The notes beneath the pieces were generated by a model. That model saw nothing but the letters and a program-made list of their open reading frames with translations, was not told where the DNA came from and made no database searches. The position numbers and the translations under genes were made by a program. DNA of 64,000 nucleotides from Candidatus Krumholzibacteriia bacterium (GTDB lineage: Bacteria; Krumholzibacteriota; Krumholzibacteriia; JAJRXK01): contig JBGPIA010000002.1 in assembly GCA_041484665.1 (NCBI GenBank), positions 224,001-288,000 on the forward strand. The letters are read 5' to 3'. Positions 1-9,590 of the stretch are shown piece after piece; within the stretch, counting starts at the first letter, position 1; the number at the start of each line of letters is the position of its first letter.

Positions 1-161
<161 letters not shown>

Positions 162-357
162 CTAGCGCCCCCTCGGCCACCGGCGCCAGGCATCCCAGCG
201 ACGCGTTCGGACACCAGCGCACGGTGACACCTACAATCCACGTGCCACACGCGGTCCAGAGATATAACCAATTCTCATTGAATCCGTTACGTCTGTGGAC
301 CGCCCGCGGGCACCCGGCGATTGGACACCGTGAAGATGCCAACATGTCATGACATTG

Positions 358-1305
358 TCAACTTGGCATGTCGCGCTCGCGGATTCCGTCCGCGTACGCC
401 GCCAGTACGAGATAGTCGTACAGTCGGTGGCGTACGCGACGCGGCAGGCGAACGCCGCCGCCGTAGAGCCATGCCCGAACCGGGCGAGGGGCCCCTGCCG
501 CGAAGCTCGCCCGCAGCAGCGCGCGCAGCAGCGCGCGCTGGGGCCCGCCCCCACCGCCCATGCCGGGCAGCAGGTCCAGCTGCATCTCGCACATGCGGGC
601 GGGGTGCCGCTCGCGCAACAACGCAAGCGTGACGCGCCCGCACGACCGCTTCTTCTCCAGGTACTGTGCCAGCGTGTGGTGGTGGATGTGCTCGCCGCGC
701 GCTCCGTCCACGCTGAAGAAACGCAGCCCCACTCTCTCCTCGAGGCGGAAGGCGAGCTCCATGTCCTCGAACCCGTACGCGCCGAACGCCTCGTCGAACC
801 CGCCGACGCGCTCCAGTGCGGCGCGCGGCACCGACGCATTCTGCGTGAGGAAGTAGCGCGCCGGCACCGGCCCGCCGGCCGGCCGCTTGGCGATCCCGCG
901 CGTGTCCAGGTAGCCGAACAGAGGCGAGTCGACCACCTCCGGCGCGGTCACGACCAGCCCCAGATACGCCGCGGGCAGCTGCGCCTGGGCTCGAACGTGG
1001 GCTGCCAGCGCTCCCGGCTCGAGCAGGATATCGTCGTCGAGGAACAGCACGGTCTCACCGCGCGCGGCGCGCCAGCCGCGGTTGCGCGCCTTCGCCCGTC
1101 CCTCGTTGCGCGGCGGCCGTTGCACGCACAGCGGCAGGCGCGACTGCAGCGCCTCGAGCACGGCAGCCGTCTCGTCTGCGGAGCCATCGTCCACGACCAC
1201 GAGCTCGCAGCCCCCCGCCAGCGCCGCGGTCTGGGGCAGCAGGGCTTCCAGCGTTCGCCGCAGCAACGCCGGCTTGCGGTAGGTGGGGATGACGACGCTG
1301 ATCAT
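358..1305 (-). CDS. Glycosyltransferase family 2
   Basis: ISVVIPTY, VVDDGS, ARNRG, FLDDD and GGFDE..YGFED motifs; ATGA overlap with the upstream GT4. Confidence 0.93.
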   Translation of the reverse strand: MISVVIPTYRKPALLRRTLEALLPQTAALAGGCELVVVDDGSADETAAVLEALQSRLPLCVQRPPRNEGRAKARNRGWRAARGETVLFLDDDILLEPGALAAHVRAQAQLPAAYLGLVVTAPEVVDSPLFGYLDTRGIAKRPAGGPVPARYFLTQNASVPRAALERVGGFDEAFGAYGFEDMELAFRLEERVGLRFFSVDGARGEHIHHHTLAQYLEKKRSCGRVTLALLRERHPARMCEMQLDLLPGMGGGGGPQRALLRALLRASFAAGAPRPVRAWLYGGGVRLPRRVRHRLYDYLVLAAYADGIRERDMPS

Positions 1306-2435
1306 CGGCTGCGTTGCTGCGCCAGCGAGCGCAGATCATCGGGCAGCGGCGCGCCCTCGACCAAGTGACGGTAGAGCCCCTCCACGCGCTGCATGTGCAC
1401 GAAGTGATCGGCGCGCAGGGCCGCCTCCTGGGCGCAGCGCTCGCCGTAGCGGCGGCGCAACTCCGGTCGCTCCACCAGCTGCAGCAGCGCCGCCACCAGC
1501 GCGTCCACGTCGCGCGGCGGGACGACCGCCCCGTTGTCGCCGTCGCGGATCCACTCCAGAGCGCTCGGCAGCGCGCTGACGACGATCGAACAGCCGCAGG
1601 CCATCGCCTCCAGCAGCGACACGGCCGTGGCGTCCACTGAAGGCACCGTGATGAACACGTCGGAGGCCGCCAAGTAATCGGCGAAGCGCTCGTGGGGAAT
1701 ACGCCCCACGAAACGCGCCACGCCATCAAGGCCGGCGGCGCGCGCGCGCTCGATGAACGGCTGCTGATCCCCTTCGTACCCAGCGAAGATGATCCGCACG
1801 TCGGGGCGGGCGGCCACGACCCGCGCCGCCGCTGCGATGATGATGTCGAGATTGTAATACGGCTGGGTGAAGCTGCGCGCACTGAGCAGCACGGGGGCCT
1901 CGGGCGGCAGCGCCAGCTCGGCCCGCACGCCGGTGGACCGGTCGCGGCGGAACACACCCAGGTCCACGCCCCACTGCACCTCGAAGGCGCGGGCAGGATC
2001 GGCACCCAGGCGCACGCAGCACTCCAGGATGTCGCGCGAGTCGCCGGTGAGGGCGTCGGCCGAGCGCAACGCGCGGCGGGCCAGCAAGCCCTTGAGCCGC
2101 GTCTCGTGCGGCGTCACGTAGACGTCATCGCCCCACACCGTCAGCAGGTTGGGGTGGAAGCGGCTCCAGTCGCCCAGGTAGCCGTAGCCGGTGAGGAAGT
2201 GGGTGTGCAGCAGATCCGGGCGCACGCGCGCCAGGACGTCACGCACGCGCTGCAGGCTGCGCCAGTAGCGGTGTGGCTTGCCGAGTCCCCCGTTGCGGAT
2301 GTCGTGGACCTGCACATCCGCCATGGGCCCAGGCTGCACGGTCAGCAGGTGGCACTCGTGTCCGCGCTGGGCGAAGTAGCGGATCCAGCGCTCGGTGTGG
2401 AGGTGGCGCCCGATGCTGAGGTAGGCGATGCGCAT
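1302..2435 (-). CDS. Glycosyltransferase family 4 (GT-B)
   Basis: PDLLHTH, N-terminal MRIAYL, and C-terminal D.TAVSLLEAMACG motif. Confidence 0.92.
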   Translation of the reverse strand: MRIAYLSIGRHLHTERWIRYFAQRGHECHLLTVQPGPMADVQVHDIRNGGLGKPHRYWRSLQRVRDVLARVRPDLLHTHFLTGYGYLGDWSRFHPNLLTVWGDDVYVTPHETRLKGLLARRALRSADALTGDSRDILECCVRLGADPARAFEVQWGVDLGVFRRDRSTGVRAELALPPEAPVLLSARSFTQPYYNLDIIIAAAARVVAARPDVRIIFAGYEGDQQPFIERARAAGLDGVARFVGRIPHERFADYLAASDVFITVPSVDATAVSLLEAMACGCSIVVSALPSALEWIRDGDNGAVVPPRDVDALVAALLQLVERPELRRRYGERCAQEAALRADHFVHMQRVEGLYRHLVEGAPLPDDLRSLAQQRSR

Positions 2436-2479
2436 GCGTGCGTACGGGCGGGTCCCCGCGCGACGGCGCGCTTCGGATC

Positions 2480-2565
2480 TGCCCGGGAAGGGACTCGAAC
2501 CCTTACGAGGGGAACCCCTCAGCGGGGTTTAAGCCCGCCGCGTCTACCGATTCCGCCACCCGGGC
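2480..2565 (-). tRNA. tRNA-Leu (TAA)
   Basis: GCCCGGG acceptor stem, TGGCGGAATCGGTAGAC D-arm, GCGGG-CT-TAA-AC-CCCGC anticodon arm, long variable arm, GGTTCGAGTCC T-arm. CCA is not encoded. Confidence 0.95.
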
Positions 2566-2746
2566 CCCCGACCTCAGGACGTCCACGACACAGCGGCGGA
2601 GAGCGGGCCCCTGGAGATCACCGATCGAACTCTCCCTGGACACGAAGACGCGGACGACGTGTCCAGGCCGTCCGCGTCCCGCGTTCCCCGACGGCATGGA
2701 CGCCGTCCCGAACCATCGGTGCGGGCTCGTTTGCGAGCCCACAGGC

Positions 2747-2820
2747 TGGAGGCGGCACCCAGATTCGAACTGGGGATAACGGTTTTGCAAACCGTCGCCT
2801 TGCCACTTGGCTATGCCGCC
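2747..2820 (-). tRNA. tRNA-Cys (GCA)
   Basis: GGCGGCA...TGCCGCC-TCCA acceptor stem, ACGGT-TT-GCA-AA-ACCGT anticodon arm, GTTCGAATC T-loop. Confidence 0.96.
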
Positions 2821-2831
2821 TGCGAGAAGAT

Positions 2832-2907
<76 letters not shown>

Positions 2908-2952
2908 TCCCAGCAAGGCGTTGGGCGATCCGCGCGCCCTACCGGGACCCTA

Positions 2953-2980
2953 ATTCTAGCCGATGCCGGGCGCGCGTCAA
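2953..2980 (-). promoter_or_regulatory. sigma70-type promoter of the tRNA operon
   Basis: TTGACG-16 nt-TAGAAT on the minus strand, about 45 nt upstream of tRNA-Gly. Confidence 0.75.
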
Positions 2981-3009
2981 GGGGTCCATTGCCAACGCGC
3001 TCCCAGCGG

Positions 3010-3711
3010 CTACGGCGCCGTCGCGCTGCGGATCGGGGTGGTGACGACCCACGCTTGCGGGTAGCCGTAGGACCGCGCCCGGTCGCGCAGCAAGAGCGCC
3101 GCCGCGCGGTCGGCGAAATCGCCGGCCCGCGCCTTGTAGTACGGCGCCTCGAATTGGATGTACACGACCACCCCCAGGCGCGTGCGCGCCTCGCGCGCCA
3201 CACGCTCGGCCTGGACGCGGTCCTCGCCGGCGTAGAGCTGCACGCGGAACCCCAGCTCATGGCGCTCCTGCGCCGGAGGCACGGGGACGGGCACGGAGGG
3301 CGGCACCGGCGTCGTCACGGAGGGCTCGACCTTCGACGTGCTCGACATCGCAGGGCCCGTGATCGTAGGGCTCGTCGTCGCGGGCGCCGGGGTCCCGGGG
3401 GCCGGCGGCGCGAACTCCTCCGGCAGGGTCGTCTGCGCCGGCGGCGTCTCCGTGACCGGAGTCGCCACGATGTCCTCGGGCGCCTTGGGGAGGTCGTCCT
3501 CCTTGAACTCGACGTCGCTGCCCGGCGCGGTCGTGCCCTCCTCCCCCACGCGGTAGCCGGTTCCCGGACCTTCGCCGGCCGGCTTTACCGCTGCCGGCGG
3601 TGTCTGCGCCGCGTCGCGACTGACGCCCTGGCCCGGTCGCGCCGCGCAGCCGCCCAGCAGCGCCCAGACCATCACCGTCACCACCACACCGGGAATCCTC
3701 GGGTGCACCAT
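3010..3711 (-). CDS. SPOR-domain lipoprotein
   Basis: Hydrophobic signal peptide ending in the LLGG-C lipobox, a Pro/Thr-rich linker, and a C-terminal GFRVQL...PYYKARAGDF...A...L...GYPQAWVV SPOR pattern. Confidence 0.85.
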   Translation of the reverse strand: MVHPRIPGVVVTVMVWALLGGCAARPGQGVSRDAAQTPPAAVKPAGEGPGTGYRVGEEGTTAPGSDVEFKEDDLPKAPEDIVATPVTETPPAQTTLPEEFAPPAPGTPAPATTSPTITGPAMSSTSKVEPSVTTPVPPSVPVPVPPAQERHELGFRVQLYAGEDRVQAERVAREARTRLGVVVYIQFEAPYYKARAGDFADRAAALLLRDRARSYGYPQAWVVTTPIRSATAP

Positions 3712-3741
3712 CCGTCACCTCCCGCGTTGGCCGCGCGCCGT

Positions 3742-5733
3742 TCAGTCGACGCCAATATACCCGAGGCTGCGTAGCCCCTCCAGATCCTGACGCGCCCTCC
3801 CCACGCGCGGCGTCCAGTCCGGCCGCTGCCCGTAGGTGGCGGGGCGGGGGAGCGCCCAAGCGCCGGTACGCTCGGCCGGTGGCCACGGCGCGTGCATCTC
3901 CCGCGACGGCGGAATCCCCAGGTCGGCCAGCAAGACCGAGACCAGCTCCCACATCGAGTCGGTGGAAGGCTCGAGCACTGCGGGTCCCGTAGCCCACGCC
4001 CACACCTCGCGTCCGGGCTCTCGCTCGGCGGATCCCACCAGCAACAGACGCCCCGCTGGCGCCGCGCGCGCCAGCGGCTGCAGCAGGGCGTCCAGATAGC
4101 GGATGTACAGATCGCGCAGCTGCACCGACCGGCGCCGCCCCTGCGGGTCGACCCCAGCGCTGCGCCCTGCAGAGCGCGCAAGCGCGTTCACACGACGGTC
4201 GAGGATGTCCAGCCCGTTGAGGTGGACCACAACGACGTCGCGCGAAGCGTGGCCGAGCGCCGCCTGCGCCAGTGCCACGTGGAGAGCGTCGGAGGAGGTC
4301 GCGTAGCGCCACGCCCCGGAGAGCGCCGCCGCCCCCGCATCGGCTCCAGGGGCGTCCAACGCCAGCAGCGAGTCGCCCGCCGCCGCGGCGGGCAGCTGGA
4401 GGCGCCGCTGCGCCGCCAACTCCAGCAGCGCAGCCGCGTCACGCATGCCGCCCAGGAGCTGGGCCGCCAGGTCGCGCGGGGCGGACAGCAGCGAGTCAGC
4501 GAGCGCGGCTGGATCGCCGTCCCACAGGCGCAGGAACCAGCGATCCGTCACCACCTCCAGCGGCGGGTGCTGAGCGGCCGGATAGGTCGCCCACCAGTTG
4601 ACGACCAGGACGCGGCGTCCAGCCCAGGTCGCGATCTCCCAGAACGGCGGCCGCAGCAGCTCCCGTTGGTCGGAGGCCTGCAAGCGGCCCAGGCCCACGC
4701 CCGGCAACAAGCGCTGCGAGACCGTCGACAGCACCGGATCCCGGAGCAGGCCCGACACCTCACCGCGGACGCCGACCGGCAGCGTGGCGGCCGCCCCCGA
4801 GAGGCCGTGGATGCGCGCCGGGAGACCGGTGGCGATCTCGTTCCAGAACGCGGTCGGCGCGCGCGCGGCCCGGTCGGCGCGCAGCGAGCGCGCCTGCGCC
4901 CCACACACGCCCAACAGCGATGCCGGCGCGTGCGCAGCGAGCTCCTGGACGTCGGACAGCGCGAGGCCGTCGATGGCCACGACCAGCAACGGCCCTGCGA
5001 TCGCGGCGGTGGGCGGCTTTGGCAGCTCGTCCAGGCGCGGCACGGGGCGCAGCTGCGTGTACGGTCCAAAGCCCAGCAGGACCAGGGCAACGCACAGCCC
5101 GGGCAGCCAGAGCAACCCTGCCGGCGCGCGCGGCTGCGGTGACTGCGCCGGCTCGCGCGCCACGCGCAGGCGCGCGGCGGCCACCATCACGGCCATCAGC
5201 TCCGCCAACCACGAGCCCACGGTCGCCGCCAGCGCCGCGAGCCCCACCAGCACCGCGGGCCACAGCGAGCGGGGGAGGCCTTGCAGCAGATGGCGGCCGA
5301 GCACGTCGGCCACGTACGCCGCGACCAGCAGCGCCGTCAGCAAGAGCGACGCGCGCACCAGGCGCGTGCCGCGTGCGTGGTCGCTCTGCGGCATCCTCAC
5401 GAACAGCGGCCAGGTCACCGCGCACACCAGCAACGCGCCGCCCAGGGCTACCACGGCCACCATCTGCAGCAGCAGCCAGCCCGCCTCGCCCGGCCGGTCG
5501 ATCAGCCCCGGGCTGGCCAACAGCGCGGCGAGCCACAGCAGGAGCCCCACGGCGCCTCCGCCCCCACCCCCGACCCAGGTGCCGACGGCGAGCGTGGAGC
5601 GCAGCGCGCCCCCGCGCCGCGGCATCCGCCGCGCGACGAACACCTCGGCCGGCGATTGCAGGTAGCCCAGCGCGCGCAGTTGGCGCAGGCCCTGCTCGAG
5701 ACGCTTGGGATCGCCGCCGCGCTCATCGCCCAT
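3742..5733 (-). CDS. Multi-TM membrane protein with a degenerate alkaline-phosphatase-superfamily (phosphodiesterase/sulfatase-like) domain
   Basis: About five N-terminal hydrophobic segments, then VVAIDG, W.EIATG...HG, VVNWWATYPA and HLNGLD, with a C-terminal LRSLGYI. Start re-assigned to ATG 5733, 4 nt downstream of the polyprenyl synthase stop. Confidence 0.75.
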   Translation of the reverse strand: MGDERGGDPKRLEQGLRQLRALGYLQSPAEVFVARRMPRRGGALRSTLAVGTWVGGGGGGAVGLLLWLAALLASPGLIDRPGEAGWLLLQMVAVVALGGALLVCAVTWPLFVRMPQSDHARGTRLVRASLLLTALLVAAYVADVLGRHLLQGLPRSLWPAVLVGLAALAATVGSWLAELMAVMVAAARLRVAREPAQSPQPRAPAGLLWLPGLCVALVLLGFGPYTQLRPVPRLDELPKPPTAAIAGPLLVVAIDGLALSDVQELAAHAPASLLGVCGAQARSLRADRAARAPTAFWNEIATGLPARIHGLSGAAATLPVGVRGEVSGLLRDPVLSTVSQRLLPGVGLGRLQASDQRELLRPPFWEIATWAGRRVLVVNWWATYPAAQHPPLEVVTDRWFLRLWDGDPAALADSLLSAPRDLAAQLLGGMRDAAALLELAAQRRLQLPAAAAGDSLLALDAPGADAGAAALSGAWRYATSSDALHVALAQAALGHASRDVVVVHLNGLDILDRRVNALARSAGRSAGVDPQGRRRSVQLRDLYIRYLDALLQPLARAAPAGRLLLVGSAEREPGREVWAWATGPAVLEPSTDSMWELVSVLLADLGIPPSREMHAPWPPAERTGAWALPRPATYGQRPDWTPRVGRARQDLEGLRSLGYIGVD

Positions 5734-5737
5734 CGGC

Positions 5738-6628
5738 TCAACTCCGGCGTGCGGCGAGGTAGTCGCACAGCGACCGCAGGTGCGCGCTGGCCGCCGGCAA
5801 CCGATCGAGCGCAGCACGCGCGGTGTCCAGCAACCGCCGCATGATCTCTTCGCTCTCGGCGTAACCCAGGCAGGCCACGAAGGTCGGCTTGCCGCGGTCC
5901 TGGCGCGCGTCCTTGCCCATCTCGGCGGCGTGCCCCGTGGCGTCGAGCAGGTCGTCCTTGATCTGGAAGGCCAGGCCCAGATTGCGCGCGTAGTGCGCGG
6001 CCAGCTCCTCCTCGCCCGCGCTGGCCTCGCCCAGGCGCGCGCCCAGCCGCGCGCACGCCACGAACAACGCTCCGGTCTTGTGACTGTGGATGTACTCCAG
6101 GCGCACCAGGTCGCGCTGCTGCGCGGGCAATCGCAGGTCCACGTGCTGTCCGCCGATCATGCCCCGCACGCCGACCGCGTCGGCCAGCAGCGCGGTGGCG
6201 CCCAGCCCGCCGTGGCCTGCGTCGAGGCCGCCCAGCAGCTCGAAGGCGAGCATGAGCTGGGCGTTGGCGGCCAGGATCGCCGTGTCGACACCGAACCGCA
6301 CGTGGCAGCACGGGCGTCCGCGGCGCGTGCGCGCGTCGTCCATGCTGGGCAGGTCGTCCAGGACGAGCGAAGAGGTGTGGATCAGCTCCGCGGCCATCGC
6401 CGCCGCCATCACCTCTGCGGGGCGCGGCCGGCCCACACTCTGCGCCCAGAGCTCCACCACCGCCGGACGCACGCGCTTGCCGCCGGCCAGCAGCGTGTAC
6501 TGCACCGCTTCCAGGAGCTCGGGCGTGTAGGCGTGCTCCAGGCGCGCGACTGCGGCCTGCAGCTGCGGCCCCAGGCGTTCGCCCAGACCGTGCAAGTAGG
6601 CCGACAGCGCCCCTGCCAGGTCAGCCAC
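5738..6628 (-). CDS. Trans-prenyltransferase (polyprenyl diphosphate synthase), CrtE/GGPP-synthase-like
   Basis: GGKRVRP, FARM HTSSLVLDDLPSMDD..RRG, GMIGGQ..D, KTGALF, SARM FQIKDDLLD and GKD...K.T. Start re-assigned to GTG 6628. Confidence 0.93.
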   Translation of the reverse strand: MADLAGALSAYLHGLGERLGPQLQAAVARLEHAYTPELLEAVQYTLLAGGKRVRPAVVELWAQSVGRPRPAEVMAAAMAAELIHTSSLVLDDLPSMDDARTRRGRPCCHVRFGVDTAILAANAQLMLAFELLGGLDAGHGGLGATALLADAVGVRGMIGGQHVDLRLPAQQRDLVRLEYIHSHKTGALFVACARLGARLGEASAGEEELAAHYARNLGLAFQIKDDLLDATGHAAEMGKDARQDRGKPTFVACLGYAESEEIMRRLLDTARAALDRLPAASAHLRSLCDYLAARRS

Positions 6629-7784
6629 GCTGGCCCTCCCCCTCGGACGCGAGCGACCGCAACAGCTGCGCGGTCTGCGCGACCATCCTCTCCCGCGTGA
6701 ACGCCGCCAACAAGCGCTCGTGTCCACGCCGGCCCATGGCGCGGGCCGCTTCCGGCGCGCCGAGCAGCCCGGCCAGCGCTTGCGCCATCGCCCCCGGATC
6801 GCCCGGGGGCACCAGCCGTCCGCTGACGCCTTCCTCGAGCATCTCGCGCAGCGAGCCGACGTCGGTCGCGACCACGGGCAGACACGCGGCCATGGCCTCA
6901 AGAACGCACAGCGGGAAGGTCTCCACCACCGGCCGCGACGCGAGCGCCAGCGCATCCAGGCAGGCCAGGATCGCCGGAACATCGCCGCGCTGCCCGAACC
7001 AGCGCACGCGCTCGCCGACCCCCAGCGCGCTGGCGTGCTCGCGCAGCTCGCCAGCCAGCGCCCCGTCCCCCACCACCGCCAGGTGCGGGGGAGTGGGCCC
7101 GCGCAACTGCGCCAGCGCGGCGAGCAACGAGCGGTGGTCCTTCTCCGGGCGCAGCGCCGCCACGATGCCGATCACGGGACGATCGGCGGGCAGACCGAGG
7201 TGTGCGCGGCGCCGGGCGCGCTCCTCGCCATGGAGCGGCGGTGAGAATGCCGCGGGATCGACTCCGTTGTGGATGACGACCAGACGGGCCGGGTCGACCC
7301 GTTCATGCTCGGCGAGGTAGCGCGCGTGCGTGTGGCTGACGGCGATGACGCGATCGCTCAGCGGCATGAGCAGCCGGTCGGCGCGCGATAGGCTGGGGCG
7401 CCCATCGGCGCGGCCGGTGCGGTGCACGGCGCAGACCTGAGCGCGAACGCCGGCCAGGCGCGCGGCCAACCGTCCATACAGCAGCGCATTGGAGTGGTCG
7501 AGCACGTAGACCACGTCGGCCGCGACGCGCCGCAGGTGGGCGCGCAGGGCCCAAAGCGCGCGTGGGTCGGTCCGCGCAGGGGCCAGCTCGCCGCGCAGCG
7601 CGACACCGCGCGCCTGCAGCGCCTCCCCCACCGGCCCGGGGGCGCGCAGGCAGCCCACGCCCACGTCGATGCCGTGGGCGGGCAGATCGCAGCACAGGGC
7701 CTCGACCACCCGCTCGGACCCGCCGATCACCAGGCTGTTGACGAGGAACTCGACTCGCAGCCGCTCCGGGGAGCGGGGAGTCAG
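6621..7784 (-). CDS. Glycosyltransferase family 4
   Basis: IGGSE, VIHNGVD, EKDH and ETFPLCVLEAMA motifs. Start uncertain (CTG 7784 or ATG 7844). Confidence 0.9.
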   Translation of the reverse strand: MTPRSPERLRVEFLVNSLVIGGSERVVEALCCDLPAHGIDVGVGCLRAPGPVGEALQARGVALRGELAPARTDPRALWALRAHLRRVAADVVYVLDHSNALLYGRLAARLAGVRAQVCAVHRTGRADGRPSLSRADRLLMPLSDRVIAVSHTHARYLAEHERVDPARLVVIHNGVDPAAFSPPLHGEERARRRAHLGLPADRPVIGIVAALRPEKDHRSLLAALAQLRGPTPPHLAVVGDGALAGELREHASALGVGERVRWFGQRGDVPAILACLDALALASRPVVETFPLCVLEAMAACLPVVATDVGSLREMLEEGVSGRLVPPGDPGAMAQALAGLLGAPEAARAMGRRGHERLLAAFTRERMVAQTAQLLRSLASEGEGQRG

Positions 7785-8818
7785 CGCGGGGTCCCCACGC
7801 CGTTGAGGCGGTGCGCCGCGCCGCCTTCCCGGATCGATCGACATGCCGCCTCGAGCACCTCCACCACCTCGAGCCCGCTCCGCCCATCGCTGGACGGCGA
7901 CTTCCCGTCGCGGATGCACTGGATGAAGTGCTCGGCCTCGTTCTTCAAGGGCTCGCTGTCGTCGATGCGGGGCAGGACGATGTCGCCGTACCGGTAGCTG
8001 AGCTGGAACTCGCCGAAGGTGTCGTAGTGCGGAAGTACGTTCACGCCCTTGTCGTAGACCCGCAGCTTCTCCACGTTGGAGACGTCGTCGTAGACGAGCA
8101 TCTTCTTGCTGCCCACCACCGTGAGCTTGCGGATCTTGTTGGGGTCCAGCCAACTCACGTGCAGGTGGGCGGTGACCTTCTCAGGATACTCCATGTGGAC
8201 GAAGGCCACATCCTCGATGCCCGGCTGGACGTACGCCGTGCCCAGGGCGTTGACCCGCACGGGCCCGTGTCCCAGCAGCCAGTTGATGATCGCCACGTCG
8301 TGCGGCGCGAGATCCCACACCACATTGACGTCCTCGCGGAACAGTCCGAGGTTCACCCGCGTGACGTGGATGTAGAAGATCTGCCCCAGCTCTCCCCGGT
8401 CGATCAGCTGCTTGATGTGGTGGATCCCGGAGTTGAACAGGAAGGTGTGGCCGACCATCAGGAAGCGCCGGTTGCGGTCGGCAGCGTCGATCATGCGGCG
8501 GCACTCGTCCACCGAGGAGGCCATGGGCTTCTCGACGAAAACGTGCTTGCCGGCATCCAGAGCCTTGCACGTCAGCTCGGAATGGGTGCACACCGGGGTG
8601 GCGATCACCACGGCCGCGATCTCGGGGTCCTCGAGAATGTCGGCGTAGCGCGTGCTCGTGCGCAGGCTCGGGTAGAGGTTGCGCATATGGGCCAGCCGCT
8701 CTTCGTTGAGGTCGACGGCCCATTTGGTCGCCGCTCCCGGAATCTGTGAGAAATTCCGGACGAGATTCGGGCCCCAGTACCCTACCCCAACGACCCCAAC
8801 CCGAATGGGAGCGCTCAC
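7781..8818 (-). CDS. Gfo/Idh/MocA family oxidoreductase (nucleotide-sugar dehydrogenase type)
   Basis: GVGYWG Rossmann motif, KHVFVEKP and WDLAPHD. Start re-assigned to GTG 8818, which has a GGAGAGG RBS. Confidence 0.93.
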   Translation of the reverse strand: MSAPIRVGVVGVGYWGPNLVRNFSQIPGAATKWAVDLNEERLAHMRNLYPSLRTSTRYADILEDPEIAAVVIATPVCTHSELTCKALDAGKHVFVEKPMASSVDECRRMIDAADRNRRFLMVGHTFLFNSGIHHIKQLIDRGELGQIFYIHVTRVNLGLFREDVNVVWDLAPHDVAIINWLLGHGPVRVNALGTAYVQPGIEDVAFVHMEYPEKVTAHLHVSWLDPNKIRKLTVVGSKKMLVYDDVSNVEKLRVYDKGVNVLPHYDTFGEFQLSYRYGDIVLPRIDDSEPLKNEAEHFIQCIRDGKSPSSDGRSGLEVVEVLEAACRSIREGGAAHRLNGVGTPR

Positions 8819-8867
8819 GTCTGCCTCTCCAGTGGCACTCGTGCCGGGCCCGCGCCCGGCACGAAGC

Positions 8868-9590
8868 TCAGTAGGCCCCTTCACCTCGCAGGAGAACGGG
8901 GAAGGTCTTCAGGATGATCTTGAGGTCCAGGGCCAGGCTCCAGTTGGCGATGTAGTGGAGGTCCAGCATCACCATCTCGTCGAAGGGAACCATGCTCCGG
9001 CCGCTGACCTGCCAGAGTCCGGTCAAACCCGGCTTGGCCTTCAAGCGATCCTTGTGCCACTCTTGGTAGTGCGCGAGCTCGTAGGCGATGGGCGGGCGCG
9101 GACCCACCAGGCTCATCTCGCCGCGCAGGACATTCCAGAACTGCGGCAGCTCGTCGAGGCTCGTCTTGCGCAGAAACGCCCCGAACAAGGTAACGCGCGG
9201 ATCGCGCACCATCTTGTAGGGCCGGCTGTGGTCGCCGTCCATGTGGCCGTTGATGAAACGCTGGGCGAAGTTCCGGTGCACGGCATCATCGCTGTTGTGC
9301 TGCATCGTGCGGAACTTGTAGAACACGAACGGCTTTCCGTCCTTCCCCAGGCGGATCTGCCGGAAGAAGACCGGACCGCGGCTCGTGATCTTCACCATCA
9401 GGGCGATCGCGGCGAGCACGGGGGCGCCGACCGTGTAGATCGTCAACGCGGCGGCGACATCGATGGCGCGCTTGAACGCGAGCTCGACCTGACTGTGGGT
9501 GGGGACGCCGATCCGAAGGGCAAACGTGTCGACAGCGTCCAGGGCTCGTTCGGTGGTGGCAAGGTTCAAGGCAGTCGCGTCTTCCTTCAT
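8868..9590 (-). CDS. Priming phosphoglycosyl transferase (Bac_transf / monotopic PGT)
   Basis: [45 protein letters not shown] and [13 protein letters not shown]. Confidence 0.95.
   Translation of the reverse strand: MKEDATALNLATTERALDAVDTFALRIGVPTHSQVELAFKRAIDVAAALTIYTVGAPVLAAIALMVKITSRGPVFFRQIRLGKDGKPFVFYKFRTMQHNSDDAVHRNFAQRFINGHMDGDHSRPYKMVRDPRVTLFGAFLRKTSLDELPQFWNVLRGEMSLVGPRPPIAYELAHYQEWHKDRLKAKPGLTGLWQVSGRSMVPFDEMVMLDLHYIANWSLALDLKIILKTFPVLLRGEGAY

Noticed and set aside
162..189. CIRCE-like inverted repeat upstream of dnaK (minus strand CTGGCGCCG-N10-GGGCGCTAG)
   Set aside because: Several mismatches to TTAGCACTC-N9-GAGTGCTAA and a 10-nt instead of 9-nt spacer; too weak in GC-rich DNA to call.
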